Positions 38,264 through 50,243 of a DNA stretch of 64,000 bases are shown piece after piece. The translations under genes and the position numbers were made by a program. Within the stretch, counting starts at the first letter, position 1, and each line of letters starts with the position of its first letter. The stretch comes from Felis catus (Eukaryota): the NCBI RefSeq assembly GCF_018350175.1, contig NC_058368.1:4030001-4094000 (forward strand), read 5' to 3'. Under the pieces are notes generated by a model, which worked only from the letters and a program-made list of their open reading frames with translations, was not told where the DNA came from and searched no databases.

Positions 38264-39353
38264 TCAAGTGTCTTTTTAAAAGACAATTTTTAGTGGAGGC
38301 ACATTATTCTATCTCGGTTGTATTAAACTGCTTGTTTTAAATCAGTTTCCTTACTGTTGAATATTTCAGATATGTCCCACTGCAGCTATAATCTTTGTAT
38401 GCATTTGGGATCGTTTCTTTATGGGACGTTCTTTGACGTTAACCCTGGACCAAAGACGACGCACACGTTTAAAGCATCTTACCCAGGAGTGGCCAAATTA
38501 CCCTCCAGGAAGACTTCACCAGTCGACATTCTCACCAGCAGGCGGTCGGAGTTAACACATTTATGTTCAGATGCACATTCCAGGTGTTGCTCGGGATTTA
38601 CAGGGCCTGAGGAAGTCCGGAAGGACTTTACGAAAGTGCTGACCTGCCCACGATGGACGGGCCCCGCTCCGCAATGTGGGGCAACGTGGCAGAATGGGCG
38701 AGCGCACGTGCCAACCGTGTCCAAGCCCCGGCTTCCCACTTCCCACCGTGGGCCCTGGAAACACAACCTGATGTCTTCATGCCTCAGCTTCCTCACACGT
38801 GAAACAGGAATGTTGACAACACCCCAGTGGGTGTTTGTGTGCAATAAACGAGTCCATGGATATAAAGCTGTTCGCACAGCACCTGGTTCGGCTCTCTCCT
38901 CGATACCCGCAGGAAGTCACCAGAGCTTTGCTGTTTTCCACGGTGTTCGATGTCAGCAGCGTTAACATCTGATATTCACTCGTCCAACGTGTTCATTGAG
39001 TCCCTCCTGTGAACCAGACACTGTGATAAGCAAGTATCTTTGACCATGTGACAAATCTATTTGAAATATGAGGAAGACTGTCCGCTGGAAGGAGCACTGT
39101 CTCTTGTGAGCGGTGCAATTCTATATGCACACGGTTTGCCTTTTTACCTTTGTTCTTGGGAAGTTGAGAGGGAATTATAATGCTCTGTTATGATAATACT
39201 GACCCCATTTGTCTCTTTATTTAGTATGTTAATGCTTTCTCATTCTGACACTTTTCTTTTCACTTTCCATTTTCCACAGTCATCGGCCTTGCTTTGAGTA
39301 GCTTTTATATAGATATATAACCATATACTTTTACTTAAACACCTGTACGTTCT

Positions 39354-39558
39354 GGGGCGCCTGGGTGGCTCAATCGGTTAAGCATCCGACTCCACATCAG
39401 GTCATGATCTCACAGCACGAGTTGGAGCCCCGCGTCGGGCTCTGTGCTGACAGCTCGGAGCCTGGAGCCTGCTTTGGAGTCTGTGTCTCCCTCTCTCTCT
39501 GCCCCTCGCCTGCTCACACCCTCTCTCAAAAATAAATAAAACATCACAAAAATAAAAA
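39354..39558 (+). mobile_element. Can-SINE
   Basis: Full body and tail. Confidence 0.94.
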
Positions 39559-40400
39559 CCATTCTAAGTTATGAGTATGGAAGCTTTTCATTTAAACAGA
39601 TATAGAGGTTCCCCAAAAAAGGCCAAAGTGTAGCAAGGTACAAACTACAAAAAATACTAAATAAAAGGACTGATCTTTGTGATGTGTATCTATTTGGAAC
39701 AGTTCAGAAAAGACAAAAAGCAAAAATGGGATGAGGGGCCTTGAAACTCCTGACCTTTGGTTTCCTGGGTACCTGAGCCAGGAAGGGCTAGAAACTGCCT
39801 TTAAGGAGAAATGGAAACTAACATTTATTTCACAATCTGCAGAGCTCCAGGCACCACGTCGGTTCCTCTCATGCTTGGTCTTCGCAAAATAGTCCTGCGG
39901 GGTAAGTATCATCCCCCCCTAGATGCAGAAGCTGGTGTCTAGAGTGATTCATTCCCAGATCTTGGTTAATTACCGCCCCCATTCTCAGTAAGGAGCAACA
40001 CGCTGGCATCCCCAGGGTTGGGTGAGAAGGAAGACGAGGGTAGGGCTCTCTTCAGGAGCCCTAACGCTGAGTAATCGTCTTACTGGTCTAAAAGAAGGAG
40101 GATGTGTAGTACTTTTTAATAGGAAAAGGGAGAAACGTTGATATATCAGAATATAGTAATATGAGACATAAAAATGTACATGCCACGGTCCATCAAACCC
40201 ACAGCTGGAAATTACCCCGATGAATTTAACAAAACAAGACTCTACAGGCATAAAGATAGTTTTGCAACATTGTCTGTATGCAATACAGCTTAAATGAACA
40301 TAGAGTGAATTATGAAATAACAGTCATAAAAGCAAAATAAAGAGAACTAGGGCCAGCTATGTAATTTGCCAGTCCCACCACCAAATGAAAAACATTAGTC

Positions 40401-40567
40401 GGGGCACCTGGGTGGCTCAGTCGGTTAAACGTCCGGCTTTGGCTCAGGTCATGATCTCGCGGTTCGTGAGTTCGAGCCCCGCGTCGGGCTCTGTGCTGAC
40501 GGCTCGGAGCCTGGAGCCTGCTTCGGATTCTGTGTCTCCCTCTCCCTCTGCCCCTCCCCCGCTCATG

Positions 40568-40613
<46 letters not shown>

Positions 40614-40630
40614 AATAAATAAAACATTAA
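40401..40630 (+). mobile_element. Can-SINE
   Basis: TSD aaaaa(c/a)attagtc. Confidence 0.96.
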
Positions 40631-41399
40631 AAAAAATTAGTCACCTAGTTCAAAACTATTAAGAATTTCAACATGTTGACAACTGGTCATTAAAGCAAGT
40701 ACAGGGCCCTTCTGAGCACGGGATCCCGTGGTCCTTCATGAAGCTGACCTTGACAGAAACGTAGAAAATGTTTACAATGTGTCACACAGGAAACAATACG
40801 TGAAGCAAACGCGCCATGATTATAGTTAGATAGAACACATCTGCACGGGCAAAAAAAATCTGGGAATTAACGCCAAATAACCCAAACAGTTGTTAAAGGA
40901 GGTAAGGTCACGGGGAAAAACCTTCCGTAATATTTCCATCGTATGATTTGGGGGATAGAAATGTTTTAAATAAAGCAGCTAGGTTAGAAATTCTACATAA
41001 ACAGAAAGTCTACGTAAAAAATCTATAGATACAGGATAATGAGTGATGAGGCCCACAGCCTCTGCAGGACCGTGTGCCTCCTCTGACAGATTTCCTGCCG
41101 TCCCCACTCAGGTCACTCCAGTGGGGCCTGAGGTCACGTGAAGAGACCGCCTGTGCCTGCCATTCCGCATATGACTGCCAGAATGGTCCAGAGCCGTCTT
41201 GGCTGGTCATCGGGAGCCTACCTGGCCCAGGTTCCTATCTGATGCTACCTGAAGGGCGGCACTCAGGGCCAGTGAGACAACAACCCAAAAAAAAAAATGG
41301 CGGAGAATGGTTAGGCGCAAAATATCACATCAACTAAGCTGGTTTATAAGATACAAACTCGATGCCTCCAGAAAACATCTCGGTCCTGGTCCTTACCTC

Positions 41400-42550
41400 C
41401 TCTGAGTCTGCCTTGTACCATCTGTGTCCAGACGTCTGTGGTCACCACCCAACGTTTGCCCTTTGGTGTCTGAGGTTGTACAACGCCCACCAGTAGAGAG
41501 CCTGGTGGTGCGTCCCCGGCCGGGCAACCCGTGACCGGGTGACCCGGGTGGGCAGACCCGTCGCCATATGCAGGATGTGGGTGGCTCCGGGAGCCTGTCA
41601 GGCCACTTACCCAGAACATTCCCCAAGCCCGAGCAGAGCCAGGAAGGCAACACAGACACACGGTGTGTCGGGAGGGTGGTGAAACCAGACCAAGTGGCGC
41701 ACGAGGCGGTGGGGGCACGTATTTTTGCCGGGCGGCAAGGCTAGGACCCCGGGGGGTTCATCGGACAAGGTCTCCCGTACAGGGTGAGCGGGGTCAGCGT
41801 TTCAGGCCAGCCCGGCTGGAGCATTCTGCAGGCCGGCTTCCTCCCCGGATGTTGGCCTCTCTGTGCTCGAAGAAGAGCCTGAAAAGATAGGGACTGCCAA
41901 CAGTTGCATCGTGGGAGCCTTCGGATTTTGCGGGCGATTTCGTTTCCACCACGAGACACTTCATAAGGTGAGCTCAACACGACCAAAAGCGTGCAGCCTC
42001 GTCCCAGCGGCTGACGGTGGGCGCACAGCTTCTGTTCCATCCCTTCCAGTCACGAGCCTGCCCAGTTTGTAAGAGCACGCAGAGCCAGAGCTCAGACCTT
42101 CCTCGGTGCAGACCACGTCCACCCAAAGCAGCCGCCATCTCTGTCCGCTGGCGGACGTTGTGTCGCCTCTCGGTGCACAGCCTCAAGCTCTCCGCTAATG
42201 ATTGTGTACGGAATCCCCCCCCCATTCTTTTGCCCTGCAGTGAGCACCCCGTAGAAGCGAGGCATTCAAGCTCTCTTAGGCGGTCAAGATCTCCTGCCTC
42301 CCCGCTGCTGACACCCGTCCGGCTGACCCAACTGAGTCACCACCGGCTGCACGGCCATCACGGCTGACCGGCTCCTTTCAGGGCCTCTCTCTCCCATGGT
42401 CCTCTCTTCTGGTATGTGGGTGGCCCTCCCTGGCCACCCTGGCTGGCTATTCCTGGAAGCCACTTCCAGATTCCACGGCCACGTAGCAAACGCTTCCCGC
42501 TTCATCCGGAGTTGGGTCTGAGGTCACGTAAATCAGACGTTCCACCTTTC
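41400..42550. promoter_or_regulatory. GC/CpG-rich unique segment (possible CpG island or decayed large exon)
   Basis: Visibly dense CG dinucleotides; minus-strand donors GAG|GTAAGG (41396) and TGG|GTAAGT (41610); CpG o/e not computed. Confidence 0.4.
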
Positions 42551-43300
42551 GTTGAGAAACCTGCTGGCAGAGAAACAGGATACCTTTCCACTGCGTGTGC
42601 TTGAGAAATCTTTAAATATCTTACCTTAGGCTTCTCCGGGCTCATTATTGTAGGATCGTAGGATCGAACACCTTCTAACTTTATGGATATGAAAATGAGG
42701 CACAGAGAGGTCAAGTGACTTCAAGGGTAACACAGTTAATAAGTGTTGAATAATAGGTCTCCAGAGAGCCCCAATCAGAACCTGTACCTTGTGATTCCCA
42801 ATCCAGAACATTTTTCTTTTATTCCTCCCACCCCTGCCCCTGACACCATCAAGCACTGACATAGACAATGTTAGGCATCCACTGCAACCTCTATTGTCCA
42901 GATTTACCGAAACACACGAAACGATTTCTTTTGTTGTTGGTTTTACACTGAGCTGATCCTTCCGGTCATGAACGTTTCCAAAAGTGTTGCATTGGATTTT
43001 GCAAAACAGTTTCCATAATTTGTAAAAAATTTTTCCGTATCCTTGTTTATGAGTAGCTTCTAATGACTAGTTTGTAATTATGTTATATAGTGGTGCTTTG
43101 GACAAGGTAGAAAATCAAAGACGACAAATGATCTTTGAAACTCACTTGTGAGTAAATGGTCACTGATGACACAGAATAACAGTAGGGGACAGGCTCTGGG
43201 GGCTGCAAGATGTAAATAGTGGAAGGGGCACCGACAGCTTTCCTAGAGTTGGAACTGGGTGTTTTGTTTCCGCCTTGTTGCTTTTCACTTGTTCACTGTT

Positions 43301-43519
43301 GGTGGTTCAGTCGGGTAAGCATCCGACTTCGGCTCAGGTCATGATCTCAAGGCTCATGGGTTCGAGCCCCACGTCGGGCTCCGTGCTGACCGCTCAGACC
43401 CTGGACCCTGCTTCAGATTCTGTGTCTCCCTCTCTCCCTCTCAGCTCCTCCCTCACGCTCTGTCTCTCTCTCTCTCAAAAATAAATAAACATTAAAAAAA
43501 ATTTTTTTAAGAAAAAAAA
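43301..43519 (+). mobile_element. Can-SINE, slightly 5'-truncated
   Basis: Starts ggtggttcagtcgg; (CT)n and A tail. Confidence 0.94.
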
Positions 43520-44162
43520 GAAGTAGACAGTAGGCTGTCTGCTGTAAGAAATTGATAAATTAGATCTCTTCTCCATTTTTCAGGGAAATGGTGTCCCTGC
43601 TGTGCGGGGAGGGGGGAAAGCAGGGAAGCTAATGGAAGAACCTAGTAATACCTGCAGACATCTCCTACTGCCGTATTGCAAAACCATAACGGTTAATGAA
43701 AGATCCACATCCTACACACACAGGCTCAGATCCCTCAAAAAACGAAGGTGTGAATGACTCAAAGGAGGAAAGAACCCCAGCTGTCAAGATGCTCCCTGAA
43801 GACAAAGGGGATCCAGAATGAGCAGCAAAGAAGGAAACTCTCAAATACGAGTTCTAGCCTCGGGAGCGTTTGCAGAAACGGGGACCATCACCCACCCATG
43901 TTTAGTATTAACATATGGGATGTTGGTGGTAATGGAACTTGCAATCAGATCCACAAGTTACAGATCATAACCTGAGTCTCAGAGAACTTACAAAAGAAAG
44001 CAGATCGGTCAGACATACAGGACCTGGGTCTGAGTGAGCATATGAGGGTTTGGTTTGTCTCCCTCTACAAAAGGTGTCGCTTTGGTCAGATGACCAATAG
44101 GAGCAGCATACAAGGAGAAAACGTTTCTTTTCACAGACTGTAAATATGGAAAGAAGGGAGCA

Positions 44163-44580
44163 TGCGTCAGTTACCTATTGCTGTGTAACAAATTATCTCC
44201 AAACTTAGAGGCTCGGAATGACAAACCTTTATTATCTCATGGTTTCTGGAAGTCAGGAATCTAGGCGTGGTCTGGGTGGCTGTGGTTCAGGGTCTCTCGT
44301 GAGGTTCTAGTCAAGATGGGTACCGAAGCTGCCGTCTTCTAAGCCCTCCACGTGGGCTCTTTTCACATGTTGTGGGCTGGAGACCGCATTCCTGCCCACG
44401 TGGACCTCTCCATAAGGCAGTTTGGGGGTCCTTCCGTGCATGCGGCTGGCTTCTCCCAGAACAAGCAATCCAAGAAAGAGAATAAGGAAGAAGCCACAGT
44501 GCCTTTGGTGTCCTAACCATCATGATCATTCTGTGCGTTAGACACGAACCACCAAATACAGCCCACACTGAGTGCAGTGG
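44163..44580 (-). mobile_element. MLT1-family MaLR LTR
   Basis: tcagttacctattgctgtgtaacaaattatctccaaacttag..tttattatctcatggtttctg..gtcaggaatctagg. Confidence 0.8.
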
Positions 44581-44909
44581 CTTACCCCAGCCGTCCTTGG
44601 TTCCTGCCCGTTCTCCAAGTCTTCCCAGCAGTGCAACGAGCTACCAGTACCTTCCAATAATTTTCTTTTCTGACCGTTGGTCAGACTCAGCTGGTCTTGC
44701 CTGGCACCTGCTCTTGACAAATACAAATATATTGAAGTCCCAGCAACATGGTCTACTCAGAACCCGCAATGAAATGCCTCCACATACTTCCCGCTAGACC
44801 TTGTCTATGAATCTGTTTACTTGTATGTTGTACATAACCATCCGAATAACAGCTCTATAAGAACATCTCATCCATTTTATATCTTCTCATCTTTTAAAAA
44901 ATAACTTTA

Positions 44910-45099
44910 GGGGCACTTGGGTGGCTCAGTCGGTTAAGCATCTGACTCTTGATATCGGCTCAGGTCACGATCGCGCAGTTTGTGACTTCAAGCCCCCTAT
45001 CGGGCTCCAGGCTGACAGCATAGAGTGTGCTTGAAATTCTCTCTCTCTCCCTCTCTCTCTGCCCCTCCCCTGCTGACACACACACACACACACACACTC

Positions 45100-45138
<39 letters not shown>

Positions 45139-45418
45139 ATCTTAAAGAAATTTAAAAAAAAAAAGAAAAATAACCCCGGGGGTGGGGCTCACTCTTGATT
45201 TCAGCTCAGGTCATGATCTTACGGTTCGTGGGATCAAGCCCCGCATCAGGTTCTGCGCTGACAGAGCAGAGCCTGCTTGGGATTCTCTCTCGTCCTCTCT
45301 CTCCACCCCTCCCCTGCTGACACACTCATACACACACACACACACACACACACATACATACACACGCACACACACACTTTAAATAAATAAATACATACAT
45401 ACATACACTTCAAAAAAG
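44910..45418 (+). mobile_element. Tandem Can-SINE pair with (CA)n tracts (44910-45160 and 45175-45418)
   Basis: Outer TSD aaaaataacttta; inner TSD aaaagaaaaataac. Confidence 0.93.
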
Positions 45419-45741
45419 AAAAGAAAAATAACTTTATATTTTGAACTCATTTGTGAATTACAAGAAGCTGCAGAAAATGCTAGAGAGAGTTCCTATGTAC
45501 ACTTCGCCCACTTCCCCAGGGATAGCATCTGCATACGCGTGTGGCACATACTCAAAACCAAGTAATATGACATTTGTATCATTGGTATTGTACTACCAAC
45601 TCAAATGCAAATATTTTTCTCCCTTTAATTTTTTTAATTGAAATATAGGTGACATAGTGCTACATTAGTCTCAGGTGTACAATATAGTGAGTCAACAATT
45701 CTACATATTTACTCAGTGTTCATCAGGATAACTGTACTCTT

Positions 45742-45947
45742 TTTTTTTTTTGAATGTTTTTATTTATTTCTGAGACAGAACAGGAGCAGGGGAGGGGCAG
45801 AGAGAGAGGGAGACACAGAATCCGAAGCAGGCTCCAGGCTCTGAGCCGTCAGCACAGAGCCCGACAAAGGGCTCGAACTCACAGAGTGTGAGAGCATGAC
45901 CTGAGCTGCAGTCGGACGCTTAACCGACTGAGCCACCCAGGGGCCCC
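45742..45947 (-). mobile_element. Can-SINE nested in L1
   Basis: Perfect 17-bp TSD aggataactgtactctt. Confidence 0.96.
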
Positions 45948-46194
45948 AGGATAACTGTACTCTTAATCTCTTTTACCTATTTCTCCATCCTCCCATCCAC
46001 CTCCCCTCTTGTTTGTTCTCTGTATTTAAGTCTGTTTTTTGTCTCTTTTGTCTTTGTTTTTTTTTAATTGCACATATGAGTGAAACCCCATGGTATTTGT
46101 CTTTCTCTGACTTATTTCACGTATTTCACTTCTAGATCCATCCATGTCATTGCAAACAGCAAGATTTCATACTTTTTTTTTCTAAGCAATATTC

Positions 46195-46233
<39 letters not shown>

Positions 46234-46498
46234 ACACTAATCAGAGAAATGCAAATTGAGACCACAACAAGATATCACCTTACACCTGTCAGAAAGGCTA
46301 GAATCAAAAAGCCTAGAAATACCAAGTGCCGATGAGGTTGTGGGGAAAAGGGAACCCTTGGGCACTCTTGGTGGGAATCTAGAGCAGCTAGTGTAGAGAA
46401 CGGTATGGAGGTTCCTCAAAAGTTTAAAAATGGAATTATCGTATGATTCAGTAATTCCACTACTGGGTATTTATCTACCTAAAGAAAACAAAAACACT

Positions 46499-46724
46499 GG
46501 GGCGCCTGGGTGGCCCAGTCGGTTGAGCGTCCGACTTTGGCTCAGGTCATGATCTCACAGTTTGTGAGTTCGAGCCCCGTATCGGGTTCTGTGCTAATGG
46601 CTCAGAGCCTGGAGCCTGCTTCAGATTCTGTGTCTCTTCTCTCTGCCCCTCCCCTACTTGTGCTCTGTCTGTCTCTCTCTCTCTCTCTCTCTCAAAAATA
46701 AACATTTAAAAATGTCTTTTAAAA
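46499..46724 (+). mobile_element. Can-SINE nested in L1
   Basis: TSD aaagaaaa(ca/tg)aaaacact. Confidence 0.96.
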
Positions 46725-47661
46725 AAAGAAAATGAAAACACTAATTCAGAAAGATATATGCATCCCTGTGTTTATTGCAGCATTATTCACAATAGCCAAC
46801 ATGTGAAAGCAGCCCAAGTGTCCATTTATAGATGAATGGATAAAGAAGGTACAGTCTGGTATCTTCAGGACCCAGGTAATAGTGCTTGGCACATGGTAAA
46901 CACCCAACCAATTCTTGCTGAATGAACAAACGGGTGAATAAGTGAATCAATTATAGCAGTACTCAGTGAAATAAAGGGAACACTTTTAATCCCAGGCTGT
47001 GGGATGTGACCTCACATGGAGAAAGAGAAAGGGAAAGAAAGAAGAATGTGGGGGGGGGGGTCCTGGAATGTAAGGGAGTTGAGACAAGAAGTGAGATTTT
47101 TGAACAGCCTCCAAAGGGACTGATAAATTTTAAGGATGTTTTCCTATCAGATGCACTGTAGAAATCCTATTTAAAAAAGAAAAAACCTACACTAACATTC
47201 TACGTTACACTTTGAAGTCATATTTGACATTGAAGGCTCTAAAGTCATATTTGAATTTCATTTCAGCACATCAAGTGGAGATGATCCTGAAGGCACTGCA
47301 GATATATCTGGAATATGCTAACTTACTCAACACTATAACCTCGTTGGAGGAAGAAAAGATCGGTAACGTCCAACATACACTGATGTACTGGACTGTTATG
47401 GAGGGAAGTGGGGCACTACTGCACTGGAAGGGGAAGACTCCCCCAGTTCACCCTCATCAGTGGAGGCCTGTGAGGGTAGCAGCAGGATACAAGGGGACCC
47501 CCAAGAGACACCTAAAGACTGCAGATCATAATCAACCATCACCTTACATCGTTAGTGAAGTAAGCTGGGACCCATGGAAGAACAGAGAAGAGTTTGGAAC
47601 TGGGAAGAACAGAATGAAGTTAAAATTAGGTTGATTAAGTCACCGATATTATATTCCATTC

Positions 47662-47840
47662 TTTTTTTTTTTAATGTTTATTTTTTAATTTTGAGAGAGA
47701 AAGAGAGCATGCGCACGCACGAGCCGGGGAGAGGGAGAGAGAGAATCCCAAGCAGGCTCCGCACCGTCACGAACTGTGAGATCATGACCCAAGCCAGAAT
47801 CGAGAGTTGGATACTTAACTGACTGAGCCACACAGGCGCC
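47662..47840 (-). mobile_element. Can-SINE with internal deletion
   Basis: Head and tail present, B-box region missing. Confidence 0.9.
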
Positions 47841-47904
47841 ACGAGAGTCCGTTATTTTTACAGCAGCAGACCCACTAGGAAATTATTCCAAACTGAAAAC
47901 TGCA

Positions 47905-48335
47905 TATAATGAGTTGAACGGTAGCTCCCCTCCCCCGAAAGACTGTATTCTCCAGAATCTGTGAATGTAAACTTATTTGGAAAAGGGGTCTTACAGATAT
48001 AATTTAGGATCTTGAGATGAGATCACCCTGGATGATTTAGGTGGACACTACATCCAATGACAAGTGTCCTTACAAGAGACAGAAGAGGAGGTGACACGGA
48101 CACAGAGGAAAAGGCCAGGGGAAGACAAAAGCGAAGATGGGAGAGATGATCTACAAGGACGGCACACCTAGGGCCACCAGCAGCTGGAAAGGGCAAGGAA
48201 GGTGTCCCCCAGAGCCTGCGGAGGGGTACGTCTCTGCCGACGCCCAGATACGGAACTTTTGGCCTTCACGCAGCCTCCACATAAATGTCACAAAGTCTGT
48301 GGTAATTTGTAACGGCTGCCCCAGGAAACAAATAC
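47905..48335 (+). mobile_element. MLT1B/C-like MaLR LTR
   Basis: gaatgtaaacttatttggaaaaggggtctt..gatgagatcaccctggat..tccaatgacaagtgtcctt..tgtggtaatttgt..ggaaacaaatac. Confidence 0.85.
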
Positions 48336-48410
48336 GCTGCCTAAGGACACACAGTGTCAGGTTTGAAAATGTGGGCTAGTACAGCTTTCAAGACACGGAG
48401 TAATAGCGTC

Positions 48411-48770
48411 TGTATCAGTCAGGGTTCAACCAGTCCCGTAGGAGATAATGGGATTTGTTGGAACGAATGGCTTATGCAATTGCCGGGGCTGGCTGGGACG
48501 GTCTGAAATGTGGAGGGCAGGCTGGAGCCCTTGGCACAGGCTGACAACGCTGTCCTCAGGCTGACTTCCTTCTTCCTCTTAAAGCCTTTTCACTGGTTGA
48601 TCGGCCCACCCAGGTTACCCAGGATAATACACTCTTGTTTCAGGTCAGCTGACTTTGGACCTTTATCACATCTACAAAGTACCCTGGGAGCATCACCTAG
48701 ATTGGCGTTTGGCTGAGTAACTGGGGATGGCATCCTCCCCAAGTGGACACATTGACAAGACCACCACGAC
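48411..48770 (-). mobile_element. MLT2-like ERVL LTR
   Basis: tgtatcagtcagggttcaaccag..ggcttatgcaatt..ggcccaccc..tcacatctacaaa..cacctagatt. Confidence 0.8.
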
Positions 48771-48957
48771 ACCCCTGAGCTACTACTTTATGCACTGCCG
48801 TGCTGGAAGTCTGCACCCTCAAGTTGTTCCTGCACGTTCTGGCCCAGAAGTGACTGCTCCCACCAAAAGGTCTGGCCATAACCTCATCACTCGTTGTCCC
48901 CAAAGCGGAAGACCTAGAATCCAAGACAGAGCAAAAACTCAGTTAAGAATGGAGTTG

Positions 48958-50005
48958 GCCAAAAATGAACTACTGGAACCTCGGCAAAATAAAAAGCTTC
49001 TGCACAGCGAAGGGAACAATCTGCAAAACTAAAAGGCAGCCGACAGAATGGGAGAAGATATTTGCACACGACATATCAGATAAAGGGTTAGTACCCAAAA
49101 TCTATAAAGAACTTACCAAACTCAACGCCCAAAAAACAAATAATCCAGTGAAGAAATGGGCAAAAGGCATGAATAGACACTTCTCCAAAGAAGACATCCA
49201 GATGGCCGACCGACACATGAAAAAATGCTCCACATCACTCATCATCAGGGAAATAGAAATCAACACTACAATGAGATACCACCTCACACCTGTCAGAATG
49301 GCTAACATTAACAACTCGGGCAACAACAGATGTTGGCGAGGATACGGAGAAAGAGGATCTCTTTTGCATTGTTGGTGGGAACGCAAGCTGGTGCAGCCAC
49401 TCTGGAAAACAGTATGGAAGTTCCTCAAAAAACTAAAAATAGACTACCCTACAACCCAGCAATTGCCCTACTAGGCATTTATCCAAGGGATACAGGTGTG
49501 CCGTTTTGAAGGGGCACATGCACCCCAGTGTTTATAGCAGCACTAGCAACAATAGCCCAAGTATGGAAAGAGCCCAAATGTCCATCGAGGGATGAATGGA
49601 TAAAGATGTGGCATATATATAGAGTGGAGTATTACTCGGCAATCAAAAAGAATAAAAGCTTGCCATTTGCAAGTATGTGCATGGAACTAGAGGGTATTAT
49701 GCTAAGTGAAATTAGTCAGAGAAAGACAAAAATCATATGACTTCACTCCTATAAGGACTTTGAGAGACAAAACAGATGAATATGAGGGAAGGGAAACAAA
49801 AATAATATAAAAACAGGGAGGGGGACAAAACAGAAGAGACTCATAAATATGGAGAACAAACTGAGGGTTACGGGAGGTGTTGTGGGGGGGGGAGCTAAAT
49901 GGGTAAGGGGCACTAAGGAATCTACTCCTGAAATCATTGTTGCACTATATGCTAACTAACGTGGATGTAAATTTTTTAAAAATAAAATTAATTAAAAAAA
50001 AGAAG
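48958..50005 (+). mobile_element. 5'-truncated carnivore L1: ORF2 C-terminus, 3' UTR and A tail
   Basis: ORFs 48965-49474 and 49528-49740 read as L1 ORF2p C-terminus ([45 protein letters not shown]), frame-broken; TSD aagaatggag. Confidence 0.97.
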
Positions 50006-50022
50006 AAGAATGGAGATGCTGT

Positions 50023-50243
50023 GGGGTGCCTGGGTGGCTCAGTCGGTTAAGTGTCCAACTTTGGCTCAGGTCATGATCTCGCGGTTCATGGGTTCGAGCC
50101 CGGCATCGGGCTCTGTGCTGACAACTCGGGGCCTGGAGCCTGCTTCAGACTCTGTGTCTCCCTCTCTCCCTACCCCTTGCCTGCTCATGCTCTCTTTCTC
50201 ACCCTCTCAAGAATAAACAAAAAAATATTTTTTTTAATAGAAA
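50023..50243 (+). mobile_element. Can-SINE abutting L1
   Basis: Degenerate TSD aagaatggagatgctgt / aaggaatggagtatgatgt. Confidence 0.95.

Larger units (their letters stand above)
7907..41594 (-). pseudogene. Candidate multi-exon minus-strand transcription unit (decayed gene or lncRNA/smORF host); product not recognised
   Basis: Chain of AG/GT-bounded segments in unique sequence, mostly phase-compatible; two segments carry in-frame stops; no homologue recognised. Confidence 0.3.
45624..46848 (-). mobile_element. 5'-inverted L1 (3' end on minus 45624-46236; upstream piece on plus 46235-46848)
   Basis: Plus piece ends gatgaatggataaagaag and minus piece starts TGTGGTATATA, which are adjacent in L1; (TA)n at 46198-46231. 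Confidence 0.88.

Noticed and set aside
38357..38965. 202-aa ORF
   Set aside because: Runs through degraded L1 and MIR-like sequence from a non-ATG start.
48965..49740. L1 ORF2 peptide as a functional CDS
   Set aside because: 5'-truncated, frame-broken fragment without endonuclease or RT domains.
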